Below, one piece after another: positions 36,792 through 47,667 of a DNA stretch of 64,000 nucleotides (position 1 is the first letter of the stretch; the number at the start of each line of letters is the position of its first letter). The notes under the pieces are model-generated. The model saw only the letters and a list, made by a program, of their open reading frames with translations, did not search any database and was not told the origin of the DNA. Both the position numbers and the translations under genes were made by a program. This stretch comes from an uncultured virus (IMG/VR IMGVR_UViG_3300033141_000684) (taxonomy: Duplodnaviria; Heunggongvirae; Uroviricota; Caudoviricetes), in the IMG/VR virus record IMGVR_UViG_3300033141_000684, one strand, 5' to 3'.

Positions 36792-36803
36792 GAGAGGCTA
36801 GAT

Positions 36804-38240
36804 ATGCCAGTAGTAACAGCACCGGGCAGCGCACTCACGGATTCGGGCGAGCTGCTTGACTGGATCGTCAACGAGCTAACGACGAACTATCGCTTCACGA
36901 CTTACCAAGATAACGCCGGTGCCGGCGTCGTTCGAGCGTATATTCTTGAGCGCCCGCAGGTCGAGACGTTTCACAATGACGCGCCTATGACTTTGTGGCT
37001 TGCTAATTCAGACAGCGGCACTGAGTCTGATGACTCGCTTGCTACTATCGCCGGCTCGATCTCGATGAACATGGCGGCCGTCACGGCTGCCAGTTTCCTC
37101 GAAGACGTTGCCTCTCAATCGGTCACCGTTGACTTCGTTGACGATGCCGGCTCGCAGGAGATCAGAGTCACGGCCGGCGACTTCTCAAGCTGGACAACTG
37201 CGGGTTTTAGTGTTGGCGACTTGGTAGTTGTAAGCAGCGCGGCAACGGCTGGCAATAACGGCACTTATGAGATTCAAAACATCTCGACAACCTCGGTCGC
37301 TGGCGACTCTCTCGAAATTCTTGAAATCGCAAACGGCGGCCCGAAAGACATCGCAGCCTTCGACACTGGCGACGTGATAAGCGTAGTTGGTCAATACAAA
37401 GTCGAGGGAATTAACGGTAGGTCCGACACTAGCGGCTTTATGAACCTTCCAAGAAATGACGACCTTTGGGAGCCTACTTCGATGAGCGGCACCGGCCCCG
37501 ACTTTTACCCGTACACGTCGGCGCAACTCTTGATCAGTCAAGACGCTGACCTTGCGAGCCCGACCGAGCCGCTGCACTTCATTTTGATACTTGAGACATC
37601 GCCCGGCGTTTATCGGCAGATGAGCTTCGGCGAGGTGGTCAAGCTGGTCGATTGGGTCGGCGGGCACTACTTCTCTGGCAGCTACTTTAACGAGTCGCAG
37701 GCGATCGACGCGAACGGCTTTGCCTGGAATCAGGGCGCGCACAACAATGTCTGGGATTACACCCTTTCGGCCGCAAACCCTGGCGGTTTGTGGCAAAGCG
37801 ATTGGGTCAATGTGGGCGACACACAAGCCAACACGGCCGGGCGCGGCTGGCTCAGATTCGGGGCACAAGGCTCTGTCAGTCTTGACGCGCCGACGCACTA
37901 CAACGCAGCCATCTACCCGCACCACAACGGCGCAGGCGGCTACCTGATCGGCTTCTCCCCGTCTGCCTTTAGCGGCCAGTCTGAGGCTTACCCGCTGACA
38001 GTCTTCGGCACGTATAACACGAATTCCTACACGGGCACCCAGCCAGAGCATGCGCCAATGGCGATTATTCCTGACGTATTCGTTGCCGACATCACTAACC
38101 TTGATGCCGGCTCTGTCTTTCAAGACCCGAACACATCAGAGAAGTTTCTCGTAATACCGTTCTACACCAAAGCGGGCAGCGACAACGGCAGCACCGAGAA
38201 GTGGGGCTACCTGATCCGCAACCCTGACCTGACGGTCTAA
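36804..38240 (+). CDS. Tail/virion structural protein
   Basis: LETSPGVYRQMSFG..K...WVGG; position in the tail module. Confidence 0.65.
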   Translation: MPVVTAPGSALTDSGELLDWIVNELTTNYRFTTYQDNAGAGVVRAYILERPQVETFHNDAPMTLWLANSDSGTESDDSLATIAGSISMNMAAVTAASFLEDVASQSVTVDFVDDAGSQEIRVTAGDFSSWTTAGFSVGDLVVVSSAATAGNNGTYEIQNISTTSVAGDSLEILEIANGGPKDIAAFDTGDVISVVGQYKVEGINGRSDTSGFMNLPRNDDLWEPTSMSGTGPDFYPYTSAQLLISQDADLASPTEPLHFILILETSPGVYRQMSFGEVVKLVDWVGGHYFSGSYFNESQAIDANGFAWNQGAHNNVWDYTLSAANPGGLWQSDWVNVGDTQANTAGRGWLRFGAQGSVSLDAPTHYNAAIYPHHNGAGGYLIGFSPSAFSGQSEAYPLTVFGTYNTNSYTGTQPEHAPMAIIPDVFVADITNLDAGSVFQDPNTSEKFLVIPFYTKAGSDNGSTEKWGYLIRNPDLTV

Positions 38241-38244
38241 CAAG

Positions 38245-39993
38245 ATGGCCGACAATCCCGGCATATTAGCGGCTGACCAAGGCTTCAACTTTTTGAGGCC
38301 GGGCGCTGTGCCGCTCACTTTTGTCGCGCCGATCACCGGCTACCATAAAGACCCTGATCGAGTACGCCTCGAAAAGCAGAGCGATCAAGAAGGCGTGCTT
38401 GTCAAGACGAGGCTGGCGAACAGAATCGGCCAGTCTCGGAACGACAACAACGGCATCTTAATTGAGGGCTGGTATGACTTGTTCTGGAAGAACAAGCTGC
38501 ACATCATACCGACTGACGGCTACAACCTGGGCAACATCGTCACCGCTCAGCAGCGCACGGTCGAGATATACAACGCTGGCGAGACGTTCGACCAACAGCA
38601 AAAGCTGAACACCATCACCGAGAACAACGCCGACGGCTTCAGCTTTATCAGCGGGCCGACTGGCGTGCCTCTTTACATCGGCGCGCACGAGTCTTTTGTC
38701 TATGTCTGGGAGGTGAGCGAAGACGGCCAGCCGGTTCTGAACATGACGCTCGACTTCGGCTTCGAGAACGGCGTCGTGCTGACGAACTTCATCACCGGCA
38801 ACCGACTCGTGCTGGTCGACTTCGAGCCACAAGCAGCATTCTCTGAGGTGCTTGAGTGGTACACCGACGTCATGGAAAAAGCGAACGGCTTAGAACAGCG
38901 CGTGTCGACCAGAGACGAGCGCACGAGAGCCTTCACGAGAAGCTACCATCTCAACGATGAAGAGGGCGTGCGGCTTGAGTCGCTGCTCTGGGGATGGCTT
39001 GAGCGCCAGGTCGGCGTGCCAGTATGGGAACAAGAGATAAACTTGACATCTGCAGCAGCGATCAGCGACACGACCATCAACACGACAGCGACGGCCGATC
39101 TAGGCTTCGTTGCCGGCGAGAACGCGGTCATCTGGACGCAAGAGGGCACCTTTGAGGCGGTAACAGTCTCGACTGTCAATGCCACCTCTCTCGACCTGCA
39201 AGCGCCTCTACTGCAAGCATGGCCCGCTGGGGCGCGTGTTTTCCCGCTCAAGACCGCCTACATGCGAGACGACGTTCAACAGAACCTATGGGTCGGCGAT
39301 GGCTTGAGACGCTTCACAATCACTTATGATCTCACCGAAGACGTCAGCGACGCGAGTGAGGCAGGCTTCTCGACCTATCGCACCTTTCCAGTTTGGGAAG
39401 ATGGTTTAACGCTGGGCGCAGAGTCTTACATGCGCACGATCAAGAAAAACATCATTCGAGCAAGGGCCGGCAAGTCGAACAAGAAGTTCGCGCAGTCGAC
39501 CCGGCGTGAAGAGGCGACCAGTATGATCAGCGGCTTCACAATGTACGCCGAAGACGCTGCCGGCGTCAGACGCCTGCGTCAGTGGCTCGACGCTCGTCGC
39601 GGCCGTCAAAAGGCGTTCTGGCTGCCGTCGAGCAAGATCGACATGACCGTCGCAGAAGACGCTGGCGCGCCTGACACGCTGATCAAGGTCAATTTGATAG
39701 GATGGGACCGCTTTATAGAAAGCGCGCCAGGCTCGCGCAGAGACATTAGGATCGAGTACAATGACGGCTCGATTGACTACCGGCGCATCACTGGCAGCGT
39801 GCCTAATGGGGCGACCGGCGGCGAAGACCTGACAATCGACTCAAGCACGTCTCAAACATTTACGGCCGCCAACGTCGCGAAGATCAGCTTCATGCAGCTC
39901 GTGCGACAAGATAGCGACACGATAACAATCAGCCACGATCGCAAGAACGACATCGTCGTCAACGTCCCGCTGAAAGAGGTCAAAGAGTCATGA
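38245..39993 (+). CDS. Tail (distal/baseplate) structural protein
   Basis: EVLEWYTDV...EQRVS, RGRQKAFWLPS. Confidence 0.7.
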   Translation: MADNPGILAADQGFNFLRPGAVPLTFVAPITGYHKDPDRVRLEKQSDQEGVLVKTRLANRIGQSRNDNNGILIEGWYDLFWKNKLHIIPTDGYNLGNIVTAQQRTVEIYNAGETFDQQQKLNTITENNADGFSFISGPTGVPLYIGAHESFVYVWEVSEDGQPVLNMTLDFGFENGVVLTNFITGNRLVLVDFEPQAAFSEVLEWYTDVMEKANGLEQRVSTRDERTRAFTRSYHLNDEEGVRLESLLWGWLERQVGVPVWEQEINLTSAAAISDTTINTTATADLGFVAGENAVIWTQEGTFEAVTVSTVNATSLDLQAPLLQAWPAGARVFPLKTAYMRDDVQQNLWVGDGLRRFTITYDLTEDVSDASEAGFSTYRTFPVWEDGLTLGAESYMRTIKKNIIRARAGKSNKKFAQSTRREEATSMISGFTMYAEDAAGVRRLRQWLDARRGRQKAFWLPSSKIDMTVAEDAGAPDTLIKVNLIGWDRFIESAPGSRRDIRIEYNDGSIDYRRITGSVPNGATGGEDLTIDSSTSQTFTAANVAKISFMQLVRQDSDTITISHDRKNDIVVNVPLKEVKES

Positions 39994-40805
39994 CATTCGC
40001 GAGCGATGAAACATCAATACAAGACAGTCAACCCGTTGAGCTTTTCGCGTTTACGCTGGGCACGACTCTCGTCTCACTTACGAACGCCGACGAAGAGGTC
40101 ACCATCGACGTGCGCACCTACCTGCCCGCTTCAATCAGTCGAGGGCAGCCGACCTATTCAGCAGAAAAGCCAGGCTCAGAGCTGCAAGTTCAGATCGCCA
40201 TCGCAGACCCCAACGCAGCCGCCATCGTTCAGGCGTTCATACCTCGACCGCCGTCGGGCTTAACCTCTCTCGCAGTCATCCAAAGACAGCCGACAGGCGA
40301 CCGGGGGTTCTGGTCTGGCAAGGTCGTCTCGTCGAACTACAACGACGAGATTCTCACTCTGCTCTGCAGGCCGCTGTCTGACATCAACAGCAAGGTGGCA
40401 CCTCGCAGGGGCTACGGCATGCTCTGTCAGCACATGCTCTTCGACAACCGCTGCAAGGTCAACGTACTCGATCATCGAGAGATCGGTGCGGTCACTGCCA
40501 TCTCGTCGGATGGCCTGACGTTCACCGTGCCGGGCATCGCTGCGCCGACCGTGCGCTACGACACCGGGCAGATACAGCTTGAGGGCGGCTTCGCTCAAGG
40601 CATGATCATCTCGCACTCGGGCGACGACTTTACTGTGCGCTATCCTATCCCAGAGATCGAGGTCGACTCGAACGTCGTCATCGTTGGCGGTTGCAACCGT
40701 GACACGACCGACTGCATCGCGTACAGTAACATCGCAAACTTCGGCGGCTTCCCGTACACGCCGGTCGACCGCAACCCCTTCGAAAAGGGCGTCGATAGGA
40801 CATAG
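39990..40805 (+). CDS. Tail tip protein, BR0599/DUF2163 family
   Basis: PVELFAF, CQHMLFDNRC, GCNR...C...NIANFGGFPY. Confidence 0.85.
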   Translation: MTFASDETSIQDSQPVELFAFTLGTTLVSLTNADEEVTIDVRTYLPASISRGQPTYSAEKPGSELQVQIAIADPNAAAIVQAFIPRPPSGLTSLAVIQRQPTGDRGFWSGKVVSSNYNDEILTLLCRPLSDINSKVAPRRGYGMLCQHMLFDNRCKVNVLDHREIGAVTAISSDGLTFTVPGIAAPTVRYDTGQIQLEGGFAQGMIISHSGDDFTVRYPIPEIEVDSNVVIVGGCNRDTTDCIAYSNIANFGGFPYTPVDRNPFEKGVDRT

Positions 40806-40811
40806 CAAAGC

Positions 40812-43800
40812 ATGGAATTATTCACTTTATTTCTGATCAACGCCGCGCTCTTTGTCGCGGCCGAGCTTCTGCGACCGAAGCCCGAGATCGAAGACGCTGA
40901 GGCGACACCATTCGAAGAGGCTGCCTTTCCGTCAGTCGACCCGACCAAGAAAATACCGATTGTTCTCGGACGGGATACGATCAGATCACCGCACGTTGCT
41001 GACGTCACCGAATACAACACCGTGCCGATCACGAACAAGGTTAAGACCGGCCTATTCAGCAGCCAGCGCGTCACCGTAGGCTATCGCTACTTCGTCGGCA
41101 TGCAGCTCATGATCTGCGTCGGGCCGGTCACGCTGCGCAAGATTTACTGGGACGACGACGAAATATGGTCGGGCACCGCTGCAGCTAACCCGAACGGCGT
41201 CGCGATCGACATCGACCTGCCCGACTACCTGGGCGGCCGAGAAGAGGGTGGTGGCCTTGTTGGTCGCATCACGTTCTTCGCCGGCACCGCTACACAAAAC
41301 CAATCGAGCTACCTGGCGGGATTCCAGAGCGAAGGCATAGCCTACCGTCACACGGCGATGATCGTGCTTGAGAATTTCGAGGTCGGCGAGCAGCCAAACA
41401 TTCAGCCGATGGCCTTCGAGGTAGAAAATTATGTCAACCCGCTCGGCCTGGCTGCCGGCACAAACCTGATCGGCGACGACTTGAACCCGATGTCAATCGC
41501 GGCCGAAGTATTCACAAACGACGACTGGGGCTTCAGCGAGCCGATCTCTTCTGTGCAGGCGTTCGACGCTGTCGCAGCTACGCTCGACACCGAAGGCAAC
41601 GGCATGAGCATCAAGCTAGTCAAAGAGACGCGGCTCGACAAGCTGCTCAAGCAGATCGGCAAGCAGGTCGACGGCCAGCATCGCTACCGGCCAGACCTGA
41701 CCGCCTGGGATTACAAGCTATTCAGAGACGACTACACCGTCGGCTCGCTGCCGCATTACGGCGACACTGAAGGCAACGTGATCAAGTACAGCAACTTCAA
41801 GCGCGTCAACTGGGACGAGCTGAACAACTTGATCGAGGTCGTCTTCAGCGACCGCACGACGAAGACGAAGCCGAGCCCAGCCATTGCGCACGACCGCAGC
41901 TTGTACGATCGCCTTGGCGGCCGCAACAACCCGGTCACGCTACGCTTCCCCGGCGTGCACGACAGAACGCTCGCGAACAAGCTCGCGAACCGTGCACTCA
42001 GAAAAGGCGCTTTTCCATTTTCTGCCGTTGACATACTGGTCGACCGCAATGCGTACAACTTGCTACCGGGCGACGTGATCAAATGGTCAGAGTCGACGCT
42101 CGGCATCGACCAGCTAGTCATGCGCGTCATGAAAATCAGCCTCGGAACGCCAGATCAGTCAGAGATTCGCATATCACTCGTCGAGGATGTCTTCGCGCAA
42201 TCTTCTGCTTTGTTCAGCAATCCGCCGAACAGCTCATACGTGCCGAACAGCTCGGCCCCGATCAACACGACGGTCGGTCTATTCGAGGATCAGCCCTACT
42301 ACCTGGCGCAGTTCGACGAAGACCGCAGCGCAGTCGAGGGCGTCGAGAAGCTCTTGTCGGCGGCAGAGTCACCGCAGAACAACTCGCTATACTATGAGGT
42401 CGAGAGCCGTGCGGGCGTGCCTGGCACCGACCCTTATATTGTCGGCGAGCAAGTACCCTACACGCCGAGCGGCACCTTACAGGATGGTCTCGACGTCACC
42501 GAGGCGAACATCGACGAGGTCGCGACCCTGGTCGTCGAGGGCGTCTCGAACTCGGCGCTGCTTGACGACGAGCTTGCGGCCGTCACTGACGAAGAGATCA
42601 AGGCAGGCGGGCGTCACTTCATTCTGATCGAGCACGCAACCGAAGAGCACGAGATCGTCGCCTACGATTCGGCCTCACGAGCGGGCAGCACGATCACGTT
42701 GAACAACGTGCACCGAGGCATGATCGACACGCTGCCGCAGGATCACCCGATCGGCGCTCGCGTCTGGTTCCTCAACGCCGCAATGGGCACCTTGCCAGAC
42801 GAGTATACCGCGAGCGAAGACATTGACTTCAGATACTTCACCGTCGCCACAACGGGCAGGGCTGCCAGCGGTCTCGCCGGCACGATCGTCTTCAGAAATA
42901 GAACGGCTAGGCCTTATCTGCCTGGCAAGTTTGAGATCAACGGCCTTAGACTGCCGACCTCCACCTTCGCAGAAGATACGGCCTTTAACTTTGAGTGGCG
43001 TCACCGCGACAAAGAGACTGGCCGCGCTCAGTTCTCAGGCGACACGACTCAAGACGCTGCAGCAACCGACCTTGAGAGCGGCTTCGAGTACCGTCTTCGA
43101 ATCTACGACGATGACACGAACACGCTTCTCAGAACGCGCCAGGGCACCGGCACTGGGGCGGGCGAGTTCACGACCTACAGCACGACGACCGTCACCTACG
43201 ACTACCCGCTCGTCGATCAACAAGCTGACGGCGGGCCCTTCTCGACTTACCGGGTCGAGCTTGACGTCATCGACACCGCGACGGGCACGGTCGAATCGCT
43301 GCTCGACATCATTCGGGTCTTTACGGTTCTCGTACCGATCAACCTGCTCAAACGCGGCGAGATATATCAGGCACACACTGATCAGGGCACCGCGACGGCT
43401 TATTTCCCGATGGCCGAAGAGAGCGGCGCGATGGCCGACGTTATGGGCAGCTCGCCGAACATGACCTCAGTCGGCGCGAATGTCGGCTACCGCTCAGCGG
43501 GGCCGGCCGGCAATGACTACTCGGTCTTCATACCTGCAGAGCTGAACCACTACCTCACCATCGCAGACGACGCGACGAACGATATGGACGGGAATGTCGG
43601 CATAGGTTTCTGGTTCAGGTGCGGCCCGACCGATGGCGTCAACGATACGGCGCTCGTTTACAAGGGCTCGGTCACCGACGCCAGTAGCGCGAACACCTGG
43701 CGCATATACATCGACATCCTCGGCCGTCTGCGCTGGCAATGGAACACCGGCACGCGGAACGCATCAGTCTGGGACTCGAAGCGCGTCGACGACGGGCACT

Positions 43801-46800
43801 GGCACTATGTCTTCTGCTTTTGCGACAACCCCGGCTATATGATCCTCGACGGTCAGGTAGAAAAGAGCGGCGGTGCAGGCGCAACCTTCTTCGGCGCAAG
43901 CGCGGACCCGATCGTCATCGGCGGCCACAACGACAGCACATCTGCCGGCCTGGCAGACATTGAGATCGCGCATCTCTCATTCTGGGATGACGTCGGCCTT
44001 ATGGGCAGCCCAAACTATAGCGGCGGCAGTCTGACCAACGCCGGCGCTAAGAACTTCGCAGAGTTTTTATCAAGAGTAATGGGTGCGCACCGACGCATCA
44101 AAGAGCCGCACTATGCCGCAATGATGGCCCTGAAACCCAGCGCCTACTGGGAGTTTGGCGACTATGGCGCGCTGACAATCTCATCTAATGCGAGAGCGCC
44201 ACTGATCGACCTGACAGGCAATAACTGCATGTCTAACGGCTGGAACGCTTCAAGCTGGTCGCCTACCGCGCCATCTAACACGCTGACCATGCAAGACACG
44301 AACGTCGCTCTGACGGGTCAATACAATCGCGTCAACGAGTTTGACGCGACCGAAGGCATACAAGTCGGCTCGTTCACGAATACCGGCGCGTCACCCGAGG
44401 GCAGCCCGATCGGGCTCGCTGACGTTTTCGCCGGCGACTGTGAGACGTTCTCGTCGGCCGCCTGGGTTAAGATCAGAACCGGCCATTCGACGCGCCTGTT
44501 CTTGTGGGGAGCTGGCGACTTCTCAAGCATGCAAAATAGTTGGGGCTTCGGCGTCGACGCCAACGGCTGTCCGTATACCTGGGCGACAGACAACTACCTG
44601 AGCACGTCCTACCGGCTCGTCACGTCAGACGACGCCATACCAGAAAACGAGTGGGTGCACATCGCCTTCTCAAAGACCGACGACACCGACGCCGTCTTCT
44701 TTATCAACGGCAAGCAAGTCTCGGGCGAGACGGTCTCGTTCAATTCGGCCGAGTGGGACGTTGTCGGCCGATGGGCTAAAGGCTCAAGAGAGTCGACGGG
44801 CTCGCAGGTTATGTTCTTGGCCGGCAGCAACGGCACCGAAGCGGGCGATAGCTCACCGTTCAAAACCTGGGACGGCTGGATTCACGGCATTGCGATCTGG
44901 ATCGGCGAGCAAGTACCTAACGAAGACTGGGCCGGCCTATTCGCCGCCGGGCGATCGCCGAACTACTCAATGCTCGAAATGTTGGCAAGAGATAACCCGG
45001 CGCACCTTTACCCGCTCGAAAGCTCAACCGATGCGGCCGACTTGTTCGACAACTCTGGCGACGGACAGCCGACAGCGACCGGCACGTTCAGAACCGACAC
45101 GCTTGCCATCGAGGGCGATGTCAAGGCGGGGCACACGACCGGCGTCTTGACGCCTGTAGGGTTTGACGCGAACGAGCAGCTCGAATATGCAACCGAGATT
45201 CTCGGCAACGCAGACCTCGAAGACTTCACGGCCGGCGTCATCATGAGGCCCAAAGATAACGGCGGCACGGTCGAAGTCATTTTTCGCAACTCTGACACGA
45301 CTGACGACACAAACCTCAGCTTTCAGCGCATTGCCACAACTCACGAGGGGCAGTTCGACATCTTCGAGCCTTCAGGCGGCAGCATAACGACGCTCGACCC
45401 ATTCGAGCCAGGCGTGCCGGGCTTGTTTGCTTATCGCGAAGAGGCCGGCGGCAACCGAAGCCTTTGGCGCAATCAGTCGGTCAACATAAGCGACGGCTCG
45501 GCGGAAGATTACACCGGCTCGACACAAGATCGCTTTTTTATCGGCGACCGATTCTCTGACGACCTCGGGTTCAATGGCGAAATCGCCTATGTGTTCGCCT
45601 TCGACCGTGTCGTTTCTGCGCCAATAATTCGCAGAATGTTCGCAAAAATGCGCGGGCATAGCGACGCTCAAGTCGCCATTCTGCAGCATGGGGCGCAGAT
45701 ACTATTCACGCTTGACGACGACCCTGGTATCACAACGACGCACATCAACGCCGCGCTCGACGTGAGTCAGGATGCAACCGCAGCGGGCACGGTCACGCAA
45801 AGCAGCGCCGGCGGGCTATGGCGCGCTCAAAAAATGATCAGCATGCTCTCGGCGAACAGCGCGCAGATCACCGGCGCGGCCGACGCCGATCTAACATCGT
45901 TTCCGTTTACCGTCGGCGGCCTGTTTCGCGTCGACGTCGCTGACGGCGATGCTTTTGTCAGCTTCAGCAACAGCGGCGCAAACGACGACTACTTCAAAAT
46001 TGGAATCTTCGACAGCGCGGCCGGCATTGTATTCGGCAACGCTGGCGGCGAAGTATCTCGAACGACTGGCGCAATCACCGACGGCGATGTCGCCTTCGTT
46101 TGCGTAGTCTGCAACAGCGCCAGCAACAAAGAGGTCTACATCAACGGCGAGCTTGTGCTCAGCGATACCAACAACGACGCCTTAGACTTCCCGAGCACGA
46201 TCGACAGCTTCGGAATCAACGCGGTCGTCGAGAGCAGCGGCACGACTCGCGGCAACGGCAGCTACTCGCACATCTTCGCGGTCGAGAGCGCACTGACCGA
46301 CGCGCAGGTCATGGAAATCTATGCCGATCTGCGGCAAGACCTGCTCGTGGCGCACATGGTCAACAGCGGGGCCGATATGATCTACCGCCTCGACGAGTAC
46401 ATCGACGCGCAGCTCACCTTTCACGACATGCTCGACCGATCTCAGAAGGGAACCGGGACGGGTATAACGCAAGGCGTTACGGGCTTGATCAATTCGCGCA
46501 AGTCTCTCTGCGTCGACTTCGACGGCACCGGCGAGATCGACCTCGCTCGCACCGACTACCCGAACGGCGGCACGAATCGAGTGATCGAGTTCGTCGTCGA
46601 GGCCGGCTTCCTCGGCACGGTCTGCTCGATGGGCGACGACACTGACGCCGAGGCGTTTGTTGTTGCGATCGACAGCTCTGGCGACGTTCGAGTGCACATT
46701 CGCGGCAGCGGCAACGAGCGCATCTTCACGGCGGCGATCGACACCGGCACCGAGCATCATGTCGCTGTCGAGCTGAACGGTACGCTGCTCACTGACGTCA

Positions 46801-47042
46801 ACTGCTACGTGAACGGCGCACTCGCCTCGGTCGGCACCGCTGGCTCTGGTACGACGCTGCTCGCCGGCAGCGCCGAGAACCTCACCCTCGGGTCGGTCGG
46901 CAACCTGACGACGCTAGGCGGCACGCCATACATCGACGCGACGGGCAAGCTGCAACACTTCGCTGTCTACTCGGCCGAGTGGGGCGCGACAACTACCGAC
47001 TCGGCAGCAATCGCCGACTATCATCACGAGGCGCTCTCTTAA
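40812..47042 (+). CDS. Tail tip / host-specificity protein with multiple C-terminal LamG-like domains
   Basis: IPIVLG, VGYRYFVGM, DLNP..I, PGDVI; then repeats with AYFPMAE, AYWEF, DGHWHYV, NEWVHIA, FINGK, YVNG. Confidence 0.85.
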   Translation: MELFTLFLINAALFVAAELLRPKPEIEDAEATPFEEAAFPSVDPTKKIPIVLGRDTIRSPHVADVTEYNTVPITNKVKTGLFSSQRVTVGYRYFVGMQLMICVGPVTLRKIYWDDDEIWSGTAAANPNGVAIDIDLPDYLGGREEGGGLVGRITFFAGTATQNQSSYLAGFQSEGIAYRHTAMIVLENFEVGEQPNIQPMAFEVENYVNPLGLAAGTNLIGDDLNPMSIAAEVFTNDDWGFSEPISSVQAFDAVAATLDTEGNGMSIKLVKETRLDKLLKQIGKQVDGQHRYRPDLTAWDYKLFRDDYTVGSLPHYGDTEGNVIKYSNFKRVNWDELNNLIEVVFSDRTTKTKPSPAIAHDRSLYDRLGGRNNPVTLRFPGVHDRTLANKLANRALRKGAFPFSAVDILVDRNAYNLLPGDVIKWSESTLGIDQLVMRVMKISLGTPDQSEIRISLVEDVFAQSSALFSNPPNSSYVPNSSAPINTTVGLFEDQPYYLAQFDEDRSAVEGVEKLLSAAESPQNNSLYYEVESRAGVPGTDPYIVGEQVPYTPSGTLQDGLDVTEANIDEVATLVVEGVSNSALLDDELAAVTDEEIKAGGRHFILIEHATEEHEIVAYDSASRAGSTITLNNVHRGMIDTLPQDHPIGARVWFLNAAMGTLPDEYTASEDIDFRYFTVATTGRAASGLAGTIVFRNRTARPYLPGKFEINGLRLPTSTFAEDTAFNFEWRHRDKETGRAQFSGDTTQDAAATDLESGFEYRLRIYDDDTNTLLRTRQGTGTGAGEFTTYSTTTVTYDYPLVDQQADGGPFSTYRVELDVIDTATGTVESLLDIIRVFTVLVPINLLKRGEIYQAHTDQGTATAYFPMAEESGAMADVMGSSPNMTSVGANVGYRSAGPAGNDYSVFIPAELNHYLTIADDATNDMDGNVGIGFWFRCGPTDGVNDTALVYKGSVTDASSANTWRIYIDILGRLRWQWNTGTRNASVWDSKRVDDGHWHYVFCFCDNPGYMILDGQVEKSGGAGATFFGASADPIVIGGHNDSTSAGLADIEIAHLSFWDDVGLMGSPNYSGGSLTNAGAKNFAEFLSRVMGAHRRIKEPHYAAMMALKPSAYWEFGDYGALTISSNARAPLIDLTGNNCMSNGWNASSWSPTAPSNTLTMQDTNVALTGQYNRVNEFDATEGIQVGSFTNTGASPEGSPIGLADVFAGDCETFSSAAWVKIRTGHSTRLFLWGAGDFSSMQNSWGFGVDANGCPYTWATDNYLSTSYRLVTSDDAIPENEWVHIAFSKTDDTDAVFFINGKQVSGETVSFNSAEWDVVGRWAKGSRESTGSQVMFLAGSNGTEAGDSSPFKTWDGWIHGIAIWIGEQVPNEDWAGLFAAGRSPNYSMLEMLARDNPAHLYPLESSTDAADLFDNSGDGQPTATGTFRTDTLAIEGDVKAGHTTGVLTPVGFDANEQLEYATEILGNADLEDFTAGVIMRPKDNGGTVEVIFRNSDTTDDTNLSFQRIATTHEGQFDIFEPSGGSITTLDPFEPGVPGLFAYREEAGGNRSLWRNQSVNISDGSAEDYTGSTQDRFFIGDRFSDDLGFNGEIAYVFAFDRVVSAPIIRRMFAKMRGHSDAQVAILQHGAQILFTLDDDPGITTTHINAALDVSQDATAAGTVTQSSAGGLWRAQKMISMLSANSAQITGAADADLTSFPFTVGGLFRVDVADGDAFVSFSNSGANDDYFKIGIFDSAAGIVFGNAGGEVSRTTGAITDGDVAFVCVVCNSASNKEVYINGELVLSDTNNDALDFPSTIDSFGINAVVESSGTTRGNGSYSHIFAVESALTDAQVMEIYADLRQDLLVAHMVNSGADMIYRLDEYIDAQLTFHDMLDRSQKGTGTGITQGVTGLINSRKSLCVDFDGTGEIDLARTDYPNGGTNRVIEFVVEAGFLGTVCSMGDDTDAEAFVVAIDSSGDVRVHIRGSGNERIFTAAIDTGTEHHVAVELNGTLLTDVNCYVNGALASVGTAGSGTTLLAGSAENLTLGSVGNLTTLGGTPYIDATGKLQHFAVYSAEWGATTTDSAAIADYHHEALS

Positions 47043-47055
47043 AACGAGACGCGCC

Positions 47056-47117
47056 TCACAAATTTCTTACACTTTCTCTTAATAGGGCGTTGACTTACTA
47101 AGTCATAGCCCTATAAT
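47056..47117 (+). promoter_or_regulatory. Promoter cassette copy 11
   Basis: TTGACT(47090)-16-TATAAT(47112); upstream TCACA/TACA; ACAACGACGCAGGAAA leader. Confidence 0.85.
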
Positions 47118-47159
47118 ACTCTCATCGACTGACAACAACGACGCAGGAAATTAGAGAAA

Positions 47160-47516
47160 ATGATGACACGAGAAGAAAGACACGAACGCACCATTCAAGA
47201 GAACATCGAGAAGCTGAACGGTATGTTCGCTGGCGAGTACACCGTCGAGAACGGCGTTATGACTTGGAACAGCAACGGCAACGTGCCCTTCGATGACATG
47301 CTTGAAGCCGCTGCTCGCATGGGCGAAGAGATCGACATGCAGGCTTGCCAGAGCAAGCGCGACGGCGACACGCTGGCCTTCTTGAAAGAGTACAAAGAAG
47401 CTCGCAGCAACATGAGCGAAGAGCAGAAGCGAGAAGAGGCTTACGAGCGCCGCGCCGCCTTCGGTCCTGGCAAGACGATTGTAGACGTATTCACTGGCGA
47501 GACCGTTCGCACATAA
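47160..47516 (+). CDS. Hypothetical acidic protein
   Basis: Single gene between promoter and terminator; ends AAFGPG.TIVDVFTGE. Confidence 0.7.
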   Translation: MMTREERHERTIQENIEKLNGMFAGEYTVENGVMTWNSNGNVPFDDMLEAAARMGEEIDMQACQSKRDGDTLAFLKEYKEARSNMSEEQKREEAYERRAAFGPGKTIVDVFTGETVRT

Positions 47517-47553
47517 GCGGTTTCCTGCAGGGGCCGCGATGGCCCCAACTTCG

Positions 47554-47577
47554 GCCCCGCTTCGGCGGGGCTTTTTT
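47554..47577 (+). terminator. Rho-independent terminator
   Basis: gccccgc-ttcg-gcggggc-tttttt. Confidence 0.9.
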
Positions 47578-47667
47578 GTGACAAACTTCTCACAATATTC
47601 TCATAACATAGTGTGTGGTTTCTCCTTTATGATTCCCCCGCAAGCGGTAAAAAGGAGAAATCACCTA

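Noticed and set aside
40812..47042. Diversity-generating retroelement target in the tail tip
   Set aside because: No reverse transcriptase and no template/variable repeat pair seen in the window.
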